Part shown: one piece after another, positions 24,564-36,997 of the stretch
Layout: every line of letters begins with the position of its first letter
Position numbering within the stretch: the first letter of the stretch is position 1
NCBI GenBank assembly: GCA_963769025.1
Contig: CAVYKI010000003.1
Location: forward strand, 480,001 to 544,000
DNA: 64,000 nt
From: an uncultured Verrucomicrobiae bacterium
Lineage (GTDB): Bacteria; Verrucomicrobiota; Verrucomicrobiia; Chthoniobacterales; Chthoniobacteraceae
Direction: 5' to 3'
The notes under the pieces: model-generated
What the model was told of the DNA's origin: nothing
What the model saw: the letters and a program-made list of their open reading frames with translations, nothing else
The model's database searches: none
Position numbers and translations under genes: made by a program

Positions 24564-26366
24564 ATGCCGGCAAACACGCGCAATTTCTGCATCATCGCCC
24601 ACATCGACCACGGCAAGACAACCCTGTCTGACCGCCTGCTCGAATTCACCGGGACGATCCAAAAGCGCGAATCGCAGGAGCAGCTCCTGGATGCGATGGA
24701 TCTTGAACGCGAGCGCGGCATCACCATCAAGGCGCATCCCGTCCGCATGATGTACAAGGCGCGCGACGGAAAGGTGTACAAGCTCAATCTCATGGACACG
24801 CCGGGGCACGTGGACTTCGCCTATGAAGTCTCGCGTTCGCTCGCGGCGTGCGAAGGTGCGTTGCTTATCGTGGACGCGGCGCAGGGCGTCGAGGCGCAGA
24901 CGGTGGCGAATGTCCACCTCGCCGAGAAGCAGAAGCTCAAGCTGATCCCGGTGATCAACAAAATCGATCTTCCGAACTCCGACCTGCCCAGCGTGTGCCG
25001 GCAGCTCGAAGAGATCCTCGCGATTCCCGCGGAAGAGGCGATCCTCGCGAGCGCGAAGCAGGGCATCGGGATCGAGGACATCCTTGAGGCCGTCATCGCG
25101 CGCATCCCCGCGCCGCCGGACAACCGCAACGAACGCCTGCGCGCACTCGTGTTCGATTCGACCTTCGACACCTACCGCGGAGTGGTCGTGTACGTGCGCG
25201 TCGTGGATGGCGCGATCAAGGCCGGCGACATGGTGCGCCTCATGGCGACGAACAGCTCTTACGAGGTGAAGGAGGTCGGCATCTTCCGTCCGCAGACCCC
25301 GAAATTTGTGCCGCAGGACGAACTCGGGCCCGGCGATGTCGGCTATGTGATCGCAAACATGAAGACCGTCACCGAAGTGAAAGTTGGCGACACGCTCACG
25401 GCCACACGCCTGCCGGCGACCGAGCCGCTGGCGGGATTCCAGGAACTGCAGCCGATGGTCTTCAGCGGCATCTACCCGATCAACACGGCGGACTTCGAGC
25501 ACCTCAAGGCCGCGATGGGCAAGCTCCAGCTCAATGACGCAGCGTTCCATTTCATGGCGGAAAGTTCCGTCGCGCTCGGCTTCGGTTTCCGCTGCGGTTT
25601 CCTCGGGCTGCTGCACATGGAGATCGTGATCGAACGTCTGAAACGCGAGTTCAACATGGACATCATCGCCACGTATCCGTCGGTCATTTACGAGGTGGTG
25701 AAGACAAATGGCGAAATCATCCGCGTGGACAATCCGGAGAATCTCCCCGACCCGTCGGTCATCGAGGAAATGCGCGAGCCCATCGTGCGCTGCTTCATCA
25801 TGATCCCGAACGAATTCATCTCGCCGATGCTCCAGCTCATCATGGACAAGCGCGGCCTCGTGGATCACACGGAGACGCTCGACCCGCGCCGCGTCATGCT
25901 CAGCGTGGATCTCCCGCTGAATGAAATCCTCGTGGATTTCGTGGACAAGATGAAGAGCATCACCCGCGGCTACGGATCGATGGACTACGAGCATGCCGGC
26001 TACCGCGCCGACAAACTCGTGAAGCTCGACATGCTCGTGAACGGCGAAATCGTGGACGCATTTTCCTGCATCGTGCATCGCGACAAGGCCGACAGCCGCG
26101 GCCGTGCGCTCGCCGCGAAGCTCAAGGAAGTCATCCCCACGCAGCTTTTCCAGATCGCGATCCAGGCCGCCATCGGCGGGAAAATCATCGCCCGCGAGAG
26201 CGTGAGCGCGATGCGGAAAAACGTGACGGCCAAGTGCTACGGCGGCGACATTTCGCGCAAGCGCAAGCTCCTCGAAAAGCAGAAGGAGGGAAAGAAGCGC
26301 ATGAAGGCCATCGGCAACGTGAACATCCCGCAGGAGGCGTTCATCGAGGTGCTGAAGACGAACTGA
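24564..26366 (+). CDS. lepA: Elongation factor 4 (LepA)
   Basis: [70 protein letters not shown]; intact. Confidence 0.98.
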   Translation: MPANTRNFCIIAHIDHGKTTLSDRLLEFTGTIQKRESQEQLLDAMDLERERGITIKAHPVRMMYKARDGKVYKLNLMDTPGHVDFAYEVSRSLAACEGALLIVDAAQGVEAQTVANVHLAEKQKLKLIPVINKIDLPNSDLPSVCRQLEEILAIPAEEAILASAKQGIGIEDILEAVIARIPAPPDNRNERLRALVFDSTFDTYRGVVVYVRVVDGAIKAGDMVRLMATNSSYEVKEVGIFRPQTPKFVPQDELGPGDVGYVIANMKTVTEVKVGDTLTATRLPATEPLAGFQELQPMVFSGIYPINTADFEHLKAAMGKLQLNDAAFHFMAESSVALGFGFRCGFLGLLHMEIVIERLKREFNMDIIATYPSVIYEVVKTNGEIIRVDNPENLPDPSVIEEMREPIVRCFIMIPNEFISPMLQLIMDKRGLVDHTETLDPRRVMLSVDLPLNEILVDFVDKMKSITRGYGSMDYEHAGYRADKLVKLDMLVNGEIVDAFSCIVHRDKADSRGRALAAKLKEVIPTQLFQIAIQAAIGGKIIARESVSAMRKNVTAKCYGGDISRKRKLLEKQKEGKKRMKAIGNVNIPQEAFIEVLKTN

Positions 26367-26386
26367 GGCTGAACGCTCCAGCAGTT

Positions 26387-26521
26387 ATCCGCAGATTGCG
26401 CAGATTTTCGCAGAGGAAGACCCGCAGAATCCACCGCAGGCAGCGATGCAAACGGCACGCCGAATCAAGAGGGCCAGCCCCTTTTCTTCTGAATCTGCGC
26501 CAATCTGCGAAATCTGCGGAT
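26387..26521. repeat. Intergenic inverted-repeat element, GCAGATT family, copy 2
   Basis: ATCCGCAGATTGCGCAGATTTTCGCAGA ... AATCTGCGCCAATCTGCGAAATCTGCGGAT between lepA and valS. Confidence 0.8.
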
Positions 26522-26603
26522 TCACCTGCCTAGTTCCAAATCCTCTCCGAGCACGACTGGCTTGCCAGCGCGTCCGCACACGGCATCTTCGCCGCCCGCT
26601 TTT

Positions 26604-29536
<2,933 letters not shown>

Positions 29537-29612
29537 AAAACGCCTGACTGTGGAGCGCTCCCCGAGGCTCCGCCCGCTTGCTTCGCCGTTCCATCGCGTT
29601 ACAAACGCCCGC

Positions 29613-30606
29613 ATGAAAATTCTCCTCCCGCTACTGGCCCTGCCGGCTTTCGCGTTTGGCGTTGATGCGCCGGAATTCAAAGGCTCCATCGAGCGATTCG
29701 ACGCCGCGTTCGACAAGCTCGTCGCGCCCGGCACAAAGATCGAGAGGCTCGCCGGCGACTTCAAGTGGTCCGAGGGGCCGGTGTGGCTCGGTGACGGCAT
29801 CGTCTTTTCCGACGTGCCGATGAACATCGCTTACCGCTGGAAGGATGGCATGGCGAACGCCGAGGTGTTTCTCCAACCGAGCGGCGCGACCGGTGAACCC
29901 GCGAGCGCCCGTCCGCAGGGCAGCAACGGACTCGCGCGCGACGCGAAGGGACAACTGATCCTCTGCCAGCACGGCGACCGCCGCGTGGCGCGGATGACTG
30001 CGCCGGGGACGTTTGAGACCATCGCGGACAAATTCGACGGCAAGCGCTTCATCGTCGCCGAACGACCTCGCGATCCGGAAGAACGGCGACATCTACTTCA
30101 CCGATCCGCCGTACGGACTGAACGGGCTGAATGCTTCGCCGATGAAGGAGATTCCGTTCAACGGCGTCTATCGCGTGACACCCGACGGCAAAGTGACGCT
30201 GCTCACGAAGGATCTCACCTTTCCAAACGGCATCGCCTTTTCGCCCGACGAGAAGATCCTCTACGTGGCGATCAGCGATCCGAAACACACCCGCGTCGCG
30301 GCATTCGACGTGAAGGATGACGGCACGATTGCAAACGAGCGGACGTTTTTCGACGCGGAGGCGGTGAAGAAACCCGGCCTCAAGGGTGCGTGCGACGGCC
30401 TGAAAACGGACGCGGACGGCAACGTCTGGACCACCGGTCCCGGCGGCGTGCTCGTGGTTTCGCCCGAGGGAAAGCTGCTCGGGCGCATCAATACCGGACA
30501 GCCGACGGCGAACTGCAACTGGGGCGGCGACGGCTCCACGCTCTACATCACGGCGAACATGTTCCTCGTCCGCGTGAAGACGCTGACGAAGGGCGCGGGC
30601 TGGTAA
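29613..30606 (+). CDS. Secreted SMP-30/gluconolactonase family protein; frameshift near 30050
   Basis: WSEGPVW, FSDVP, GSNGL, SPNDL, YFTDPPYG, PNGIAFSPDEK, DGLKTDADGN. Confidence 0.9.
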
Positions 30607-30633
30607 CCAACCCATCACCTCGATCCCGAATCC

Positions 30634-31260
30634 ATGAAAACACTGCTCACCGCCCTCCTGGGCCTCACCGCAAACTGCCTCGCGGCAACGACCGTCGAGG
30701 TCTCCGTGAAATTCGCCGACGTACCGGCAGGCACCGAGGTGCCCTCGAAGCCGGAATTGCTGGCGAAGACGAAGGGCATCGACGTGCTCAGTACGCCGCG
30801 CGTCACCACACTCCCCGGAAAAAGCGCGACCATCGAAGTGGTTCAGGAACTTGCCGCGCCCGACGGTTCGGCGACCCCGCTCGGCGTGACGCTGACGATC
30901 AAGCCGTCGCTCACGGAGAAGGGCTCGATCGCGTTCAGCGGCAAGGCGACCGACCGCTTCAAGCACGGCCAGCGCGCCGGGGAATCGCTGTCTGTCCTCT
31001 CATGCGTCGCGCGCGAGATTTACTTCAAAGGCGTGACGACGAGCGGCTCCACGGTCGTCCTCAAGGGTGGCCCCACCACGGCCTCCACGACGAAGAAGGA
31101 CGACACGACCGTGGTGAAAAACCGCGATCTGGTGATCTACCTGACGTTCAAGAAAATCACGTCCGAGCCGGTGAAGAAAAAACCGACCCCCACGACGAAG
31201 TCCACGAAGTCCGCAAAACCGTCCACATCGGCGACGAAGAAGAAGTCCTCGAAGAAGTAG
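30634..31260 (+). CDS. Secreted hypothetical protein with secretin-like segment and Lys/Thr-rich tail
   Basis: Signal peptide; DVLSTPRVTTLPGKSATIEV, GVTLTIKP, RDLVIYLT. Confidence 0.65.
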   Translation: MKTLLTALLGLTANCLAATTVEVSVKFADVPAGTEVPSKPELLAKTKGIDVLSTPRVTTLPGKSATIEVVQELAAPDGSATPLGVTLTIKPSLTEKGSIAFSGKATDRFKHGQRAGESLSVLSCVAREIYFKGVTTSGSTVVLKGGPTTASTTKKDDTTVVKNRDLVIYLTFKKITSEPVKKKPTPTTKSTKSAKPSTSATKKKSSKK

Positions 31261-31291
31261 CCGGACTCAATCGGCAGCCGCGCGGCCTCGA

Positions 31292-32257
31292 TCAAAAAAC
31301 CTCGGGCCGGCCTTCGAGCATCACCGCCACCTTTTCGCTCAGCCCGCAGCGACGCGCGCCGACGAGCAGGCGGCGCAGCGGTTCCTCCATCGGCTCGTAA
31401 CTCAGGCGGAAGCTGCCGTAGTGCATCGGCACGAATGTCTTTGCGCCGAGATCCGCGAACGCGCGCAGCGCCTCCTCGGGATTCATGTGGACCTCGCGCC
31501 CGCTCGGCGGATCGTACGCGCCGATGGGCAGCAACGCCACGTCCACATTGAAGCGCTTTGCGATCTCCTTGAACCCACCGAAATACGCCGTGTCCCCGCA
31601 GTGGTAGATCGTCCGCCCTTCGTGCTCGATGATGAAGCCGCCGAACCCGCGGTGCGAATCGTGCAGCACCCGCGCTCCCCAGTGCGCGCAGGGCGTGAGC
31701 GTCACCGTCAGCGGGCCGAGCTTGTAGCTTTCCCAATAGCCCAGTTCGTGGACGCTGCGGAAGCCGAGGTCATGCACGAGATTCCCGACTTCAAACGGCA
31801 CGACGATCGGCTGGTCCGCGGCGACCTGACGCAGCGTCTTGCGGTCGAGGTGATCGAAATGCGCGTGCGTCACGAGCACGAGGTCGATGTCCGGCAGTTC
31901 GTGCAGATGCATGCCGGGCATCTTCAGCCGCTTCACGACCTTCAGCCAGCGCGCCCAGTTCGGATCCACGAGCACGTTGTGTTTCCCGAATTGCAGCAGG
32001 AACGACGCGTGGCCGATCCAAGTCACACCCATTTGTCCGTTGGTCAGCTCGGGAAATTGCGGAGTCACCACCTGTCCGGCGCGGCGCCGGAACAGCGACG
32101 GGAGCAGCACACCCGTGAGGAAATTCCGCTTCCCCCATCCGCCCTTCGGCTTCAGCCCGACCTTATGCGCACCTGCGTCGGGGTGATGGTGCCCGTTGGC
32201 AGACTTCTGAATACTCGCCTTGGGAGGCTTCGCTTTTCGGATGAAAAGTCGTGGCAC
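31292..32257 (-). CDS. MBL-fold metallo-hydrolase (NAPE-PLD/RomA-like)
   Basis: TWIGHASFL, VTHAHFDHLD, YHCGDT, LLPIGAY, PMHYG. Confidence 0.88.
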   Translation of the reverse strand: MPRLFIRKAKPPKASIQKSANGHHHPDAGAHKVGLKPKGGWGKRNFLTGVLLPSLFRRRAGQVVTPQFPELTNGQMGVTWIGHASFLLQFGKHNVLVDPNWARWLKVVKRLKMPGMHLHELPDIDLVLVTHAHFDHLDRKTLRQVAADQPIVVPFEVGNLVHDLGFRSVHELGYWESYKLGPLTVTLTPCAHWGARVLHDSHRGFGGFIIEHEGRTIYHCGDTAYFGGFKEIAKRFNVDVALLPIGAYDPPSGREVHMNPEEALRAFADLGAKTFVPMHYGSFRLSYEPMEEPLRRLLVGARRCGLSEKVAVMLEGRPEVF

Positions 32258-32335
32258 GGTTTGAAGAATAGGGTCTTCGGGATTCAGCGCAATTCTTTCG
32301 TTCGGTCGGCGGGATCAGGCTATATGCCAACTGTC

Positions 32336-32893
32336 ATGCGTTCCAAAATCGAAGTCCGCCGGGACATCAGCGCCATCCTCCGGTTCCCGCCGGATGTCCG
32401 TGCCGAAAAAAGCACCCGGCTGTGCGCGGCGATCGCGGATTCGGCTGCGTGGCAGGCAGCACGGGCGGTTGCGATTTTTGCGCCGCAGGCGCGCGAGCCC
32501 GATGTGGAGATGCTCTGGGCCCGCGCGAGTGGGAAATCCATCGCCTACCCACGCGTCGCGGACGACCGCCTCGATCTCTACCGCGCTGAGTCCCTCTACG
32601 ATCTCGCCCCCGGATCCTTCGGAGTCCGCGAGCCCGCGGCGAATCCCGCGCACGCCGTCGCTCCCGACACGCTCGATCTCATCCTCGTGCCGGGCGTTGC
32701 ATTTTCACCGGGCGGCGCGCGGCTCGGGCGCGGCGGCGGATACTACGATCGGCTGCTCGCCTCGCTGCCGGCGCACACCTGCAAGATCGGCGTCTGCTTC
32801 GACCCGCAAATTCTCGCCGAACTTCCCCTCGAACCGCACGACCAGCACGTGGATTTCATCGCGACCGAAGGCGGAATCCGGCCGGTCCGCTGA
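32336..32893 (+). CDS. 5-formyltetrahydrofolate cyclo-ligase
   Basis: FGVREP, DLILVPGVAF, RLGRGGGYYDR, EPHDQHVDFIATE. Confidence 0.9.
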   Translation: MRSKIEVRRDISAILRFPPDVRAEKSTRLCAAIADSAAWQAARAVAIFAPQAREPDVEMLWARASGKSIAYPRVADDRLDLYRAESLYDLAPGSFGVREPAANPAHAVAPDTLDLILVPGVAFSPGGARLGRGGGYYDRLLASLPAHTCKIGVCFDPQILAELPLEPHDQHVDFIATEGGIRPVR

Positions 32894-33287
32894 GCCTCAC
32901 GAATTCTTCGCCGGCAGCCTTCATCTCGAACCGCGGGATGCGCACCAGCACCGGCAACACCTTCTTCCGTCGTTCCGATGTAGGCACCCTCCGCCACGCT
33001 GTCCGAGCCGATCGTGTGGTAGCTGTTGTAGGAAAAATGTTCGCCCGGTTCGAGCCGCGGAAATTTTCCCACCACGCCGTCGCCCTCGACCACCTGCGTG
33101 TCGCCGCCCGCATCCGTCACCACCCACTTCCGGCCCTTGATGGTCACCGTCTCGTCCGAGTCGTTGTGGATCGTGATGAAATACACGAACGGAAACGGCC
33201 GCTCCTCCGGCGCCTGGAGCTGCGGCATGAACGTCACCCGTCCACCGTCACGCGGAGACCGTCGAGTTCGGCAATGGAGTTCGACAT
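32856..33287 (-). CDS. apaG: ApaG domain protein; frameshifts near 33240 and 32965
   Basis: FVYFITIHN, RKWVVTD, VEGDGVVG..P.LEPGE.FSYNS, IPRF. Confidence 0.8.
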
Positions 33288-33488
33288 CTGCGCCGAGAAT
33301 AGTCCCGTGCTCCGCCTACGCGAGGCCGAACTCCGCGGCAAATCCTCAAATCATCCCGTCGCAGGGCTCAGTCCCGCAGCCAGACTGTCGTTTCGGGTAG
33401 GATTGCGCGTGGGATTGGGATTAAGAAGGAGCGCACCGCCCGCCCGCCGTTTCCTCATCACGCCCGACCTTCACCGCACCACCCCGCC

Positions 33489-34309
33489 ATGAATCTTCCC
33501 GTCGTCCTCACCATCGCCGGCTCCGACAACAGCGCAGGCGCGGGCGCGCAGGCGGATCTCAAGACCATCAGCGCGCTCGGCGGATACGGCGTCACCGCCA
33601 TCACCTGCGTCGTCGCCGAGGTGCCGGGAAAAGTCAGCGCCGTGCATGCCATCCCGCCCGCGATTCGTCGCCGAGCAGATCCGCCTGCTCTTCGGTGCGT
33701 TCCCCATCGGTGCGATCAAGACCGGCATGCTCTACTCGACCGGAATCATCGACACCGTCGCCGACACGCTCGATCAGTTCCGCGCTCAGAATCCGGAGTC
33801 CAAAATCCCGCTCATCGTGGATCCCGTCATGGTCGCCACGAGCGGCGACCCGCTGCTGCTCCCCGATGCCGTCGCGCTCTACCGCGAGCGCCTCTTTCCC
33901 GCCGCAACCCTCGTCACGCCAAATCTCGACGAAGTCCGCACGCTCACCGGCCGCGACCATCACCAGCATCGCCGAAATGCGCGAAGCCGGCCTCGAACTC
34001 GCCGCACGTCACGGCACCGCATTCCTCGTCAAAGGCGGCCACCTGCGCGAAGCCGTCGCCACCGACCTCCTCGTACTGCCCGACGGCACCGTCCACACCT
34101 TCGAGGCCCCATTCGTCCCCGGCGTGAACACCCACGGCACCGGCTGCACCTACAGCGCCGCCATCGCCACCGGCCTCGCACGCGGACTCGACCTCCCCGC
34201 CGCAGTCGGCGAGGCGAAAAAGTTCGTCACCGCCGCCATTAAGAATTTTCTCCGCTGGGAGCGGGACGGCCGCACCACCGACGCGCTGCATCACTTTGCG
34301 AAAGGCTGA
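33489..34309 (+). CDS. thiD: Hydroxymethylpyrimidine/phosphomethylpyrimidine kinase; frameshifts near 33660 and 33950
   Basis: LTIAGSDNSAGAGAQADLKT, IKTGML, VDPVMVATSG, TPNLDE, VKGGH, NTHGTGCTYSAAI. Confidence 0.92.
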
Positions 34310-34322
34310 AAAGACTCCCCCC

Positions 34323-35828
34323 ATGAACCTCACCTGCACCACCGAATCCCTCCTCAAGCGTACCACCTCGCGCTGCCCCGTGTGCCATGCTTCGGTGCCC
34401 GCCGAGGTTTGGAAGGTGAGCGAGGGCTGTGGCGGGGATTCCGCCGCGCCGGCCGCGCGCGTCTTTCTCCGCCGCACCTGCCCCGAGCATGGAAAGGCCG
34501 AGGCGTGCATCGCGAGCGACGCGCGCTTCTACTGGCTCGCCCAGGGCGACCCGAAGAACCAGTGCTGTGGCGGCACCTGCCACGCCGCCGAGGGCGACGC
34601 CACCGGCACGCTCGGCCGCAACGCCTCCGCCTCTCAACCCTCAACCCTCAACTCTCAACCAGCCGCCGAGCGGCTCAGCACCTGCCTCGCGCTGATCGAG
34701 ATCGTGAATTCCTGCAACCTCGCCTGCCCCACGTGCTACGCGGATTCGCCCATGGGCGCCGGTGGCACTGTGGACGCCGTGCCGCTCGCCGACGTGCAGC
34801 GGCGCATCCAGGGCGTGATTGACCGCAAGGGCCGCATCGAAATCCTCCAGCTCTCCGGCGGCGAGCCGACGCTGCATCCGCAGTTCTTCGAACTGCTCGC
34901 GTGGCTGCACGCGCACCCCGGCATTGACTACGTGCTGCTGAACACCAACGGCGTCCGCATCGCGAACGACGACGCATTCCTCGACTCGCTCGGGAAGACA
35001 TTCCGCGCGGGAAAATTCCAGCTCTACCTGCAATTCGACGGCGTGCAGGAAGCCGCGCAGCGCGCCCTCCGCGGCGGCGATCTGCGCGAGATGCGCAAGC
35101 GCGCCATCGAGCGCTGCGGCACGCTGAACATCCCCATCACCCTCGCGATGACGGTGACGCCGGAAAACCTCCCGCACCTGTGGGACACGGTGGAGTTCGG
35201 CCTCGGCTTCGACCACGTGCGCGGCGTGAGCTTCCAGCCGATGTTCACCGAGCGGACGCGACTCCGAGCCTCTCAACTCGTCCAAGGCGCGCATCAACCG
35301 GCTCAACTCGATCTCAACACCGCCGACGTCATCCTCGCCCTCGTCGCCCAGTCCGCAGTCCCGCCTCCGCTTCGAGGACTTCACCCCGCTGCCCTGCGGC
35401 GATCCGAACTGCGCGACCATCGGCTACCTTTTGAAAATCGGCGGCACCGGCGGGCAGACGCGCTCGATCAGCGACTTCGTGGACTTCCGCCAGGTGCAGG
35501 ATTTCCTCCGCGACAAAGTCCGCTACACCCCCGAAGACCTCGCCCGCTGCGGCTGCGAAAGCGAACCCCTCGGCGAACTGCTGCACGAGCTGGAGACGGG
35601 AATGCGGAGTGCGGAACGCGGAGCGGGGATTGATGGCGCTGCCTCGGATTCCGCATTCCGCACTCCGCACTCCGCACTCGCCGCTCGGCCTTCCGCCTTT
35701 TCATCAAGCCCTTCATGGACGCGTGGACGTGGGACGAAGACCGCATCGACCGCTGCTGCACGCACGTCATCCGCCCGGATGGGAAGCTGGATTCGTTCTG
35801 CCGATACTACAGCACACAGCGCGGATGA
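34323..35828 (+). CDS. Radical SAM enzyme of the Tes/MJ0619 (tetraether lipid synthase-like) family; frameshifts near 35360 and 35690
   Basis: N-terminal TTSRCPVC...LRRTCPEHG; CNLACPTC; SGGEPTLHP; NTNG; YLQFDG; GVSFQP; PLPCGDPNC; C-terminal KPFMDAWTWDEDRIDRCCTHVIRPDGKLDSFCRYY, TGA at 35826-35828. Confidence 0.82.
34632..34659 (+). repeat. Four tandem heptamers (YCTCAAC) within the radical SAM gene
   Basis: TCTCAAC CCTCAAC CCTCAAC TCTCAAC; reverse complement of the run at 46279-46299. Confidence 0.8.
35599..35678. repeat. Inverted heptamer element (TCCGCAY family) within the radical SAM gene
   Basis: GGAATGC GGAGTGC GGAACGC ... TTCCGCA TTCCGCA CTCCGCA CTCCGCA. Confidence 0.8.
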
Positions 35829-35940
35829 AAAAGCTCAGGCCAACTCTACTCGGAGCGGCGCAACGACGCGTAGCGTCCGCCCCAATAATAGCCCTGAGCC
35901 CCGACCGCATGGGAAGCTGGATTCATTCTGCCGATACCAC
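35779..35940 (+). repeat. 32-bp direct repeat of the radical SAM 3' coding end (35779-35810 and 35909-35940)
   Basis: ATGGGAAGCTGGATTCGTTCTGCCGATACTAC vs ATGGGAAGCTGGATTCATTCTGCCGATACCAC, two mismatches, 130 bp apart. Confidence 0.9.
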
Positions 35941-35954
35941 TCGCGTCCAAGTTT

Positions 35955-36269
35955 ATGAAAGGGAAATTTCCGAACGTCAGATGGTTGACGCTCTTTTTTC
36001 TACCTGCGCTGATCGGCGTTCTCATTATGCTCTCAAGCCCAAAAGTCCGCGCTGCGACTATCTGTCTGTGGCTGCTTTTGTCGGCCTGCTACTTTTTCGT
36101 GTTGTTGCTTGTCTATTGCGTAAGGAACGAGCAACGCGGGATTGAACTCGCGGTCTATTCCGTTGTGGGGACTTTGTCTTTGTTGTCCGCGAACTTTTTC
36201 GTGTGCCTCACGCTCTACTACGCAGGCTGCGCGTGTGCGGCGTCGGGGATCGGCCGGATCGCTCCTTGA
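35955..36269 (+). CDS. Small 3-TM membrane protein, AT-richer than its neighbours, with C-terminal YAGC
   Basis: Three hydrophobic segments; ATGA overlap at the start and TTGA overlap with the next gene; visibly more T-rich sequence. Confidence 0.7.
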   Translation: MKGKFPNVRWLTLFFLPALIGVLIMLSSPKVRAATICLWLLLSACYFFVLLLVYCVRNEQRGIELAVYSVVGTLSLLSANFFVCLTLYYAGCACAASGIGRIAP

Positions 36270-36986
36270 AATCCTCCCCTTACAGCTGGCTGCTTCTCGT
36301 CGCCATCGCCGCGAGCCTTTTCACATGGACGCGGCTCGCGCGACGCGATCCCCGGCTGGTGATGATTTACGTCGCGGCGCTGCTCAGCGCGTTCATCGGG
36401 GCGAAGCTCGTCTATGTGCTCGCCGAGGGCTGGCTCGACTGGCCGCTGCCCGACCGCTGGCTCCGGCTCGCGACGGGCAAATCCGTGCTCGGCGCGCTGC
36501 TCGGCGGCTACGCCGGGGTGGAACTCGCGAAGCACGCGCTCGGCCACCGCGCCGCCACGGGCGATCTGTTCGCGCTGGTCGCGCCGCTCGGCATCGGGAT
36601 CGGCAGGATCGGCTGCCTGCTGCACGGCTGCTGCCTCGGCGAGCGCATGCGCGCCCGCGTGGTGGACGCTTCGCGATGCGCAGGGCGTCGCGCGCTGGCC
36701 CGCGGTGCCGTTGGAGCTGGCGTTCAACATCGCGGCCATCGTGATTTTCCTCCTCCTGCGCCGGCGCGGCTTGAAGGGAGTCCGCGACGGCCTGCGCGGC
36801 CAGCACTTCCACCTCTACCTCATCGCCTACGGCGCATTCCGTTTCGCGCACGAATGGATGCGCGCGACGCCGAAGATCGCCGGCGTGATCTCCGGCTACC
36901 AGCTAGCCGCGCTCGCGTGCGTGGCGCTCGGCGTGTGGGGATTCCGCCGACGCGCGCGGCTTGAGCGTGCAGCCGCCGCCCCGTAG
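36266..36986 (+). CDS. Prolipoprotein diacylglyceryl transferase (Lgt)-like protein, non-canonical; frameshift near 36645
   Basis: FIGAKLVYV, GKSVLGALLGG, GDLFA, IGRIGCLLHGCCLG, WPAVPLE, YGAFRFAHEWMR, SGYQ. Confidence 0.8.
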
Positions 36987-36997
36987 CGTCCGCGCGA

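Noticed and set aside
14351..26521. CRISPR array
   Set aside because: Repeats are inverted and dispersed, not direct repeats with regular spacers; no cas genes.
32258..32335. 6S RNA upstream of the 5-formyl-THF cyclo-ligase
   Set aside because: The gap is under 80 bp and lies between divergent genes; too short.
33288..33488. TPP riboswitch ahead of thiD
   Set aside because: No CUGAGA / ACCUGA core seen on the + strand.
34323..35828. MoaA or SPASM RiPP maturase assignment
   Set aside because: N-terminal CxxC/CxxH, YLQFDG and the FMD/CC/FC tail fit the Tes/MJ0619 family better; no SPASM Cys pattern seen.
35779..35940. Diversity-generating retroelement TR/VR pair
   Set aside because: Only 32 bp, the two mismatches are not both at adenines of one copy, and no reverse transcriptase is in the window.
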